Source: Vitrella brassicaformis CCMP3155 (taxonomy: Eukaryota; Protista; Chromerida). Taken from it: 51,812 nucleotides of DNA. Position 1 is the first letter of the stretch, and each line of letters opens with the position of its first letter. The translations under genes were made by a program, and so were the position numbers. Below are positions 38,934-48,970 of the stretch, in pieces. Under the pieces are notes generated by a model. That model had not been told where the DNA came from. It saw only the letters and a program-made list of their open reading frames with translations, and made no database searches. The stretch covers positions 1 to 51,812 of the forward strand of contig CDMY01000560.1 in assembly GCA_001179505.1 (NCBI GenBank), written 5' to 3'.

Positions 38934-39717
38934 ATGGGCAGAGGACAAGTGGGGACCATCCTTGCACTGCAGAAAGGCCCGGGGGGGCTTCTGAATACGC
39001 CGCTGTTGCGTGTTTTCGTCATCAGGCTTGAGCTCGATGGCGTCCGCCCGTCAACAGTGCCGGGAAGGGGAAGTAAGCCACCACACACGAGAGGACAACA
39101 GACAGCTGGGGGGAGGTCACCAAACACGGCAGAGAGCCCTTTGCAATGAGTGGCGTGTGCGATTGTTTTTGGTTGGCCAACTTGGGTGCTGCTGTACGTG
39201 TGTTGTTGGCTGCCTGCCGTCTTCTTTTCTGTGCAGTTCGTGACTACTACACCCATCCAGAGGGCAAGTCGTTGGCCCACACCATCAAAATCGGCCCGCA
39301 GCTCAACAAGACATTCCATGACACAAAGACACCTTACAAGTTCTGGAAGGCAAGCCAACACCGCACCCAATTGTCTGTCCATCACGTGCATTCACTTCTC
39401 ATCCATATGTCCATCGGTCGATTGGTCAGAGTGGCGACCCGCCCTACCTGAAGGAGCACGAGCCTCTGCCCAACCAGTTTCCCTTCTACAGGCCGCAGTC
39501 CGGCGTGCCCAAGTTCAAGCCCTCGGCACTCGGCGCACAGTACATGTACCATCCACCCGACCTTCAAAGGGGCGAGGGGGACGCGCTCTGCACCACATAC
39601 CGACTGCACCACGGCAGAAAGCCGGAAATCGGCACATTCCTGCAGAAGACAGCGCCTGTCCACGGGTACTGTAGTGGGGACATAGAAAGAGAGAGAGACA
39701 CGTCGATCACAGGCTAG
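38934..39717 (+). CDS. Small Pro/Tyr/His-rich hypothetical protein, possibly a ciliary microtubule-inner-protein type
   Basis: Phase-compatible exons ...VRPSTVPGRG|IRDYYTHPEGK...YKFWK|SGDPPYLKEHEP...TTYRLHHG. Both termini are uncertain. Confidence 0.45.
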
Positions 39718-40427
39718 GCTGTTTGGTGTCTGTTCTCTTGCTTTATCAGTTCCGCGTTTCCCGGCGAGGGTGCCGGCTTTGGTATCAACAATGCGGCTGC
39801 GGGTGGCGTCAACTGGCTGCCTAACAAGGGCCGCGACTACACCACAACATACAACCACTTCCATGTGTATAAACCACTGAATAAATCGGTGTGCTGCATC
39901 GAGCCGAATGATCAGTGCTATGTCTGTGCGGACACTGCATGAGCTGAGTGAGTCTGTGGGTCGTCTCTTGTCTGTTTTCTTCGCCTGTGTCGAGGACGGA
40001 GGGAGGGAGAGGTGGGTGACTGTACAAACTTGGAGGGGCAGACATTTCCTCGCATACTAACTGTGCATTACATGTGTGGCGAATGAATGTGTGCGATTTG
40101 ATTGCTGTCGGCTGTCTGTCTGTCCGTCTGTCCAATGTCGTTGGTTGATTGCGGGTGGGTGCGGGGTGGGGCATGGCGTGGATAGGACATTCGATTCAAG
40201 CATGCTTTGTGGAAGTCATCATCTAGCCCACCATAGACAGACGCACATTCATAGAATGTACGCATCACATCTGTCCGCACACACACACACGTGTGCGAAT
40301 CCCGACATCATACAAGGAGATGTCCGTGTGCGCAGTTGGTAAGCGATGCAGTGGTAAGCGATGCAGAGCGGTCATTCTCCCTTGTGCTCATATGTGCGCG
40401 CGTGTGTGTCTCTTCCTCGTGCAATCA

Positions 40428-41739
40428 GGTTCCTTGGAGTCAGGACAGGCATGGCTGCGGACACCACGGAGGGTTCGTGCGGCTCGTGGTGGATGTCTTG
40501 GTGGATCGTCCTCATGGGCATCGAACGTATAAGGATCCATCTCGAGACGTCGTATGTTATCGTCCGCCGGTGAGCAAGCACACAGAGGAGGGAGGGAGGG
40601 AGGGTGGGAGGGAGGGTAGGAGGGACATCCAACACACACACACACACGGACCACACACTTATGCCGGCCGCTGATTGTGAAAGTGTGTGTATGTGTGTGT
40701 ATGTGTCTGTGTTGCAGCCTGCCGATATCTCTGAGGCGGACCCCGACCAAGTCATGGACGTGACAAGAGATAAACAGACGTCAAATGGAAAACACAGGCA
40801 GAATGTTCTGCTGATGAGACGTGTATGTGATGTGTCTTCTGTCATGCGTCAATCAGGTGAGTCTGTACGGGTGGTGAGTCTGGGCAGGGCAAGACGACGG
40901 TCGCCGACCTCAAGGCATTGCCATACACACCATCCACACCATACACACATATACACACACACATCGGCGACGTGTTGTGTTTGTTGTGTTGTGCTGTGTT
41001 GTGTTGTGTGGTTGTGTGTGCAGGATGTCGAACAAAGAGTATTTGAGTTGATGCAGGACGGCAGACACACCACACAGAAATACTGGACCGTAAGCAACCA
41101 ACCAACCATCCATCCGCCTGCAAGGCAGGCAGACCCATAAACACACGCTTTCCTTCTCTCTCTCTCTCTCTCTCTGTGCAGGTGTGTGTATGTAGTCTGA
41201 GGGCTGACAGTGGGTGACGGGCATGACTGACATGACGGATAGCGGCAGAGTCAGAGAGCGCGTGGGGGTCTCTGTCACGTGTTTATCAGTGTATGTGCAT
41301 CGTAGGAAGGGAGGCGGGTGCTCTCTGCGCTCTTTGTGTGTCTCTCGTCGCTCATCGATGTGTGTCACTGCCTGGCACTGACTGTGTATCGTCGTGTGTG
41401 TCATCCACTCAGGCGGTAGCCAAGTGGAAAGACAGATGGCTGACCCATTGCCGGCTGGCACAAAGTGATGAATCAACGAGACATTCGCATTCACAAGCAG
41501 AGCGTCTTACATCCATGTCACGTCTCGCTTCAAAGTCTCAATGCTGCATCTCCCACTCCCCCAAATCACACAGACGCCACAAACACATCTCTCAGACCAA
41601 ATTGTCTCAGACCCCCACAGTTGAGTCCACTTTCCCCCTCCCTCCCATCTCACGACCCGGGCTGAAAGGGAGACGGCATTCAATATCTTGGAAGGCATGC
41701 ACTTTCTGTGCCGTCTTACCTGATGGATGCCGTCTTTGA
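40428..41739 (+). CDS. Possible multi-exon hypothetical protein
   Basis: Short exon-like blocks between microsatellite introns (PADISEADPDQVMD; DVEQRVFELMQDGRHTTQKYWT; AVAKWKDRWL). The full frame was not resolved. Confidence 0.25.
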
Positions 41740-42034
41740 AATAGTTCTTCCCGAAGACTTCGTTCTTGGCCTCCGACAGGAGGCCATTCACCTCCGCCCT
41801 TGTGATCTGTGTGTGGGTCTCCGCCGCGTATTGGTGGGCGCGCCGCGTGAGGCTGCTGTTGACGTTGGCTAGGCCGAGGCCGCGGCCTCTCGTCTCGCTG
41901 CGGGTCTTCAGCTGTCGGGCCTCGGCCTTCAGGATATTCAGCAGCCTCACGCGGCTGAACTGCTGGCGGTGGGCGGCGATGCTGCTGAAACGAATGTCTT
42001 TCAAGTGCAGAAACAGATCCAAAGAGCGATTCAT
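41720..42034 (-). CDS. Exon of a hypothetical helical protein
   Basis: Microsatellite-free, protein-like ORF MNRSLDLFLHLKDIRF...YFKDGIHQ ending at a GTAAG donor. Gene limits are unknown. Confidence 0.35.
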
Positions 42035-43099
42035 CAAGTCATGGATCCATTCTTTGTGTGGTTTACTTTGGTGTGTTCATGATGCTGGTGACAGATCTGC
42101 GAAACCCTAGAGGCGTTGGGTTTCGTTCGTCCTGAGCCCGGCCAATCAAAGATCGCCTGCGCGGCAACAGCAGCGGTCATCCAATACACACGGCTGAAAG
42201 CATGCGTTTCTGCTCGATAGGCACAGGTCATATGTGCATGCATCTACGAAGAACGTGTCTCTACGTATACATGCACATACGGGCCTCTGAGTCTTCCACA
42301 CGGAGCACTGGAGGGAAGGCCTTGAGTCTGCAGGCTCTCGTGTATCCATGGACTGGCGGACTGTGGTTCCGACTCATCGTGTTTTCATGCACTGAGACAG
42401 CAGTTCCGACTCATCGATGGGGAAGCCCCTGAGCGATGCCTTGTCGCGCCGTGCCATCTTGCCGCATGCAATGGGGGATGGCTGGAGCGGGTCGGCAGGC
42501 GGAAGTGACTACAGGTCGTCGATTGAAACGCATGTTGCTGAAGTAATTGTGCTGAAGTTTGCGGTCCTGACTCCTGAGTAAGAGAGCAGGTGTTGGGGCG
42601 ATGGACGGGGTTGGGGTGTTCTCATCGGATGAGTGGAAAGATTCATGACGACGATGTGTGGACAAGCGTCGAGTGCATGGATGCGATCGGTCAATTATTC
42701 TCCTCTGAGTAGTCCGAGTAAGAGAGCAGGGGCGATGATGCATGGCCGCCCTCCGTAGCCCTCGTTGCCGAGCGAGACTAAGCACCAGAGTGCTGCATAC
42801 ACCCAGCGGATCGTGGACTTGTGGGCGTCTCGTCTCAAAGCCGGCTGCTGGTCTCAAGGCTGGTCTAGCTCAGGTTCTCTGTCTTTGTTTGCATCGAGCA
42901 AGCATACAGAGAAGTAGGAAGGAAGCGAATCAATTCAGTCCCTCGCACAGTGTTACCAACACTCCTGCCGTGGACAGCCACAGCATGTCGCTTTGAGGAA
43001 TTCAGTATGTCAATCACCGAAACCCAACCACAACACACCCACACCCGCACAAACACAGAACGACCCAGGGCAACACCCCCCCGATCAGTCACAGTCCAC

Positions 43100-46000
43100 T
43101 TAGATGTGCATACTCGAGAAACGCCTTGGTCCGCTGCCGCACATATGCTGCATCCGATAGACCGTCATCGTCTCTGAATGCCTGGCTGTAGAGGATGTGC
43201 AGCTCCAGCGAGACACGGCCGCATGGACCCTCGACCAAATCGGATTCCCACGCCCGCTATCGCCCACACTGCCACCATCACGCCTGGAGCGATTGCTGTC
43301 TTCATTCATTCTGCGTCTGTGTGACATCTTCAGCGAAGCGCTTCGGCACAGAAGCATGCGCACCTGCACACCACACATACACATGCAAACATGCACACAT
43401 GCACATACAATACCCCAGTCTGCATGTTTTTGTTGCGTGAGAGTGTGCGGGCTCACCAAGGGATGGACCATTGAGTGTGGGGAAGAAGAGGGCGCAGCTG
43501 CGATAGAGCCGTGTTGTGTTGTCTAGGTGTGTATGGGGGTGTCGGGCGCCTGTGCATGCCATTTGGGAGGGCTCTGGATCACCGACACTCGCTGCACCTG
43601 CACCCCCCCAACCTACACACAGACACACACAGACAGGGAGAGAGAGAGAGGCAACAATTATTTGTTGCGTGTGTGCCGACCGACCAACCGTTTATGCTCA
43701 CGGCGATGCTGCCGCCGTCCATGGGGTGAGGGGCTCCGCCATACTGGTGCTGGTTGTTGGTGTAGTAGGGAGGGGTGGGCGGGCCAGGAGGATAGCCTGA
43801 CGAAGATGCCGCTTGTGTGCCTGCACCGCAGGGCTCGCCATGCTACCACCCTGTTGCTGCTGTTGCGGCTGATGGCCGGCACTGCCCCCAGATTGATGTG
43901 GCTGTGGCTTCACTCGCCTCTGCTGGGGGCTTGGACGGCGAGTGGGTGGTTGTGATGGTGGGGTGTGGGCTGCCGACTGTCGCTACTGCTGCTGCGTGAG
44001 TTGGAGCATGTCCATGTGCTGGAGTGGAGGCTCATCATGCTGGAGTGGACGTGTGGGCGTGCTGCTGCTGATGGGGATGGGAGTGCTGGTACTTCTGCGC
44101 CTGTGCGGCCAGCTGCTGCTGCTGCATTGCGTCGAAGATAATCGCATAAGCGTCGAATTGCTCCTGCAGGATGCATCGACTGCAAGGCCTGGGAGGTCAC
44201 GTTGAAGGCTCGTGAACGGCCTGAAGGGCCTTGGAGTCGTTGATGCTCGTCGGGAGGCGTTGTGGTCAAAGCACTTCACGGCTGATGAATAGACAGACAG
44301 GTGATGTGTGTGGGGGCTGTCGGGACTTAGCCGCACTGACGGTCGTTGCCGTGGTTGAAGTCTTGCTCCACATCACGACTCTTCTACCGAGACCAATGCT
44401 GCTACACGGACCAGCACCAAGGATGGCCGCCACGCCGTCACATTCACAGTCACACTCTCCCCATCCCAGCAGCACCGCCATTACTAGTCGGTGAGGGTGT
44501 GGCCATGTTGGGGACGATTTGGCGCTGTTGGGGACCTCTACGGTGGCTTCGTCATACAGCAAATGAAATCACAGAACCTCTCGCACCACGACCGTTCCAC
44601 CGGCTGCATACAGCCAACCACCCACAACAGACAGAGACACACATGCCAATGCAATCTCACTCCCTTGTTGCTCCCCACACGGGTCTGCCTGCCTCCAGGC
44701 CTTCTGACCTCTCGTTCCGCAGCGCTCCATCCCGAGTCGCGGTCGGCAGGGGGAAGGCTGTACCAGTGCATTGCAGGCACTGCAGGGGGCTGTAAGGGGG
44801 CCGGGGCGAAGAAGGGGGGCTTGTCCGGCACGGAAGCCTCCAAGAACGGCGCTTGGTACACAACGGCTGTGGCTGGCACTTGCCCGGGCCTGCATGGAAA
44901 GGAAACGACCGACCGGCACGCCGCTGGTGGCTTCCATGTATGGTCTGCCGCAAGATGAACATCTTGAAGTGCTTCCTCGTTCTTCTTCAGGAGACTCCTT
45001 CGAAACGATTCATTCTGCGACAGCGGGGCCGCGTCTCGCCTGCGTAGAAAGGCACACCGCAGAGAAACCACAGACGGTAAGCGTGCAAATGGATGTGGCA
45101 GACAAACTTTTGCCGTCTCACTTGTCTGAGTCCGGGGCTTGTGTCGATGGCCCCTGTGGCTCTCCGAACCAGGAGTGTTGGAGAGCCTCAGAGGCCGACG
45201 GTCTCTTGCTGGGGTCCACGTGCAGCAGGCGGCGGACTAAGTCGACGGCGGCGGGGAAGCGTTCCTTGGTTCGCTTGCGAAACGCGAAGCCCTGACAGAC
45301 AGACAGACGCACAGAGAGCACCACTTACTTGTAAGCTCGCTGAGTGAGTGGCTGCGTACCTGGTTGATGACCTTGATTGATTCCTTGGAGTTTCGGCAGT
45401 CTGTCAGGTGGAAAGGGGCACGGCCTTCGAGAAGTATATACCTGTACAGATACACAGATGGATGGCCATAGGTGATCATGGACGCCTCTCTGTGTCTGTG
45501 TTTCACGTACAGCGCAACGCCACAGGCCCAGATGTCCGAGCTCTGGGAGAATCTCCCTCTGAAACACTCGGGAGCCTAAGAAAGAAACATATGTGGCGAA
45601 TGAAGAGATGAAAGCCGCGCACGGTTCTTTGTGGATTATTGTCTCAGTCAGTCTTGGTTCACCATATAGGCGTGTGTGCCCACGACGCCCAGCTTGTTCT
45701 CTCTGCCGAGCGGAGTCCCGAACTCCAGGTCGATCAGCTTCACCTTGTAATCATCTCGAGAGGGCTCTTGATTGACAAACATGACGTTGTCAAGCTTGAC
45801 ATCGCGATGGACAAGCTGCAATCAACGCACACAAACACAGCCATAAGTCTGCACCTCGCCGAGTGCAGCCAGCAGTCACGCACCCCGTGCTGATGCAAGT
45901 GCTCCACACCACTGAGGATGCCGGCCATGACTTTCTTCAAAGCTCCCTCACTCTCAATCGTCTTCCCCCTCTCCATCATGTAGTCGCACACTGTGGGCCC

Positions 46001-46447
46001 CCCGATGCGCTCCATCAGCACGCAGACACACTTGCTGTCCTTGGCCAGCTGCTGCACGGTCACGAGGTTGGGATGAGGGTTCAGCCGCACACGGTCAAAG
46101 GTCTCGCAGGCCGTCTTGACCGAGAACCTGCAGATGTTCATCCGTGTGTGCAGCTGCTAGTGTCCAATTGAAGGCCATGCCTACCCTTTGGGCCTTTTTG
46201 TCCTCTTGCAGAAGGTCTGGAGGACGCATGGTTGCTGATCTCGGCTCACTCGTTCCAACCACGAACCGGTTACCCTGCACACAGCAAGCACCTGTGTGAC
46301 GCCGCCCGCCGTTGTCTTTCATCAAGCTTACCGTCCGATCTGCATGAAGTCATCGTCATCATCCCACTTGAAGAGCTTGTTGGTGTCCTCCGCCTGCTCG
46401 GCGAAGATCACCATCGGCCCGCTCGCCTTCCGTCCCTTGTTCTTCAT
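43100..46447 (-). CDS. CAMK/CDPK-like Ser/Thr kinase-fold protein with atypical N-lobe and long low-complexity tail
   Basis: HPNLV, VLMERIGG, LVHRDVKLDNVM, KLIDLEFG, VGTHAYM|APE, SDIWACGV, GRAPF, LLHVDPSKRPSASEALQHSWF. The kinase domain lies at ~45130-46350; start and 3' end are approximate. Confidence 0.8.
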
Positions 46448-46900
46448 TTTTATCGATGAGTCTCTCGACTGCGTTGATGTCCAACACGTGGTGTTGGTGC
46501 AGCGCACAGGTCTTTGGGGGTTCCAAAAAGCTCGCAAATGAGAAGGAGGAAGGAGGAAGGAGAATTCGACGAAAACTCATCGGACTTGAGTGAGGATTCC
46601 AGGAAGATGGCAGTGAGGATTCCAGGAAGATGGCTCGCATGCCCTCAGAGGTCTCGTGATGCTTCGCGATGACGCTTTGCCGCTTCGGTGTTTGCGTAGT
46701 CGGGCTGGTGTGGTGGGCATGTGCGCTCCACGAATGCCCCGTCACGGTGCGAGCCTCATCCGTAAGCTTCATCCCTGCAGTACTGCCCATCAGGAGCAGC
46801 TCACACCGCCTCATCCGATCAGCCATCATGCGACTCGAAGCGCTGACGCCCGATGAACAGGTGCGGCATTCGTGGAAGCTGGCTCACACCGTGGGCGCAA

Positions 46901-46937
<37 letters not shown>

Positions 46938-47507
46938 TGTGTTTCCTGACTGCATCAGACGCCACAGCTTCATATCAACGCTTCCATGTCAAGACCTGGA
47001 GTCACGAGGCGGGAGGTGGTCAGGGCCAACCGCCAAAAGCCGCTGCCAAAGGTCGTCGTGCCGCCCGAGCTGCGTGAGTACATCCATGATGCCGCTCACT
47101 ACTCGACAAGGGCAGCGGGAATCAATCGCATGTGAGTGAGTCAGTGGGCGGGTACACACACACAGTGGGCAAGTATGTATCCTGTTTGTTGTTGGTCTGT
47201 CGTGTGTGGTGCGGTTGGCGTCTGTGTAATGTGATTGATAGGTACGGCAAATTGAGGTACCGGCAGTGGACAATTACTCACGAGGGCTATTTCTTTTGGC
47301 CCTCGGTAGGCATTGATTGCAGGCAGACTGATCACAGACAGACAGACAGACAGACGGACGGACAGACGGATCCACACACACGTGTGCCCGGCCATGTCAT
47401 TCATACACACATTCATCATATGTATCGATCATATGTGTGTGTGTCCGTTCGTCATTGACTCACTTACTGACCGTCATTCATTCACTCATTCGTTCATTCA
47501 TTCATTC

Positions 47508-48105
47508 ATGCAGATGCATGAGTTGGTGCGTCAGACCGAGTGGCGTGTCGTCGTGTGGTGTGCTGACGGACCTGATGACAAACGCGACGTCGATATCGAA
47601 TACGGAACGGCTGAAGAGTACAACCTGTTCCTCATTGAGAAGGATGGCATCAACATCTCCCTTGACTATGACAGCGATAGGTAAGCGACCGCAGCGCAAC
47701 GTTTGAGGCTTCACATATATGTATCGATTCATACCACATCCACCATTCCATGAACCTGTCAGGAACCGCATGTTCGACGGGACGTTGTTTGCCGTCGTGA
47801 AGGGCATCGTTGGATGTAAAAAGGCTTGGGCCGACCTCCGATGGCTCATGCGCGTCCACGATATCAAGCAGTGTGCGAGTGTTGTCGGCAACAGGTGGTA
47901 CTTTTACTACTACGACCGAGAGACCGACGAGTTCGTCAAGACCATGAATGATGTCCTGCTGACCCCATTGAAAGGGGCGCCCAAAGGGATCGGCGCCCAG
48001 AGGGTCATTGACTATGTTGTGGACCGCCTCGAGCATCCACTTAAGGAGAAACAAGAGCCTGACGGCCCCGGCATGGCCAGCAAGTATGGCGTGACCGAAA
48101 GATAG
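47508..48105 (+). CDS. Hypothetical protein (~170 aa, two exons)
   Basis: The GTAAGC intron ~47681-47762 joins ...DYDSDR|NRMFDG in frame. The sequence is protein-like and aromatic-rich (RWYFYYYDRE). Confidence 0.6.
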
Positions 48106-48351
48106 ATAGATAGATAGACAGGCAGGGCGTGTGGTGGGTGGGTGACTGTTCTGGTGCATGTACATAGAAATGTAGCCCAGCCAGCACATGTACTAGTAGG
48201 GAGGGAGGGAGGGAGATGGCCAAGTCGTCAAAACGGCAGAGTGGAAGAAAAACGCAGGAGGGGTGTGGCCGCCACTGTCTGCGTCGCGTGAGAAAGGCCT
48301 TCCACGGTGTTGATGCACTGTGGCTCTGAGCTGCACACGGGTACAATGTCC

Positions 48352-48622
48352 AGGGCCATAAGTAGAAGCAAGTAGAGAGCAGCCCAGCCCTAGACAGCAT
48401 TGATCGGGAAAGTATCCTTTTGTGAAACCGCCTGTTTGCAGTGAATGGATGTACGTGCCGTTTGTTGGGATGGCGGGACGTACATGCGTCTGTTTTGATG
48501 AACACACAGGAAATGAGTGTGTTCGCACGAGTCAATTTGATAGCACAGCACATGCATTCACTCATACAATGATATACACGGACCATGGCGAAGAGGGCCA
48601 TAAGTAGAAGCAAGTAGAGAGC
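48352..48622. repeat. Pair of 29-bp direct repeats (AGGGCCATAAGTAGAAGCAAGTAGAGAGC)
   Basis: Exact copies at 48352-48380 and 48594-48622. Confidence 0.9.
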
Positions 48623-48970
48623 TTCTAGTCCGTTGCTTCTCCCGCACCCAGAGGGAATGAGGCATTGGGGGTCGACTGGCAAAGAGACAACTGCGCAGAC
48701 ATCTTTTGACTGTGACTCAACCAACACACTGTGACTCAACATAGATTTATCGCCCGTGGGCAAGACCAAGATTGTTCGTCACACACCCACCAGCAATGTG
48801 CAGATGAGTTGAGTGTGTTGCAGTCTGCCTTCTTGAGCACAACTGTGGGAGGGACAAGCATGAGTGCCACTATGTACACATGGTGGCCATGGCGGCCCGT
48901 CCGCAATCGTGCCCATAAGGGACATCGCAATACAGCCGACCACCACACGCACAAGCCAATCACTCGACCA

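Noticed and set aside
40873-40896. GESGQGKT, a myosin-like P-loop
   Set aside because: There is an in-frame stop just upstream and no other myosin or NTPase motifs nearby.
21228-42110. Telo-box AAACCCTA at 21228-21235 (minus) and 42102-42109
   Set aside because: Two hits of an 8-mer in 52 kb is near chance expectation.
48496-48580. C/D snoRNA suggested by TGATGA at 48496
   Set aside because: There is no CTGA D box at a suitable distance.
173-48622. CRISPR-like interpretation of the 23-29-bp direct repeats
   Set aside because: Each repeat has only two copies, spacers are 213-1665 bp, there are no cas genes, and the context is eukaryotic.
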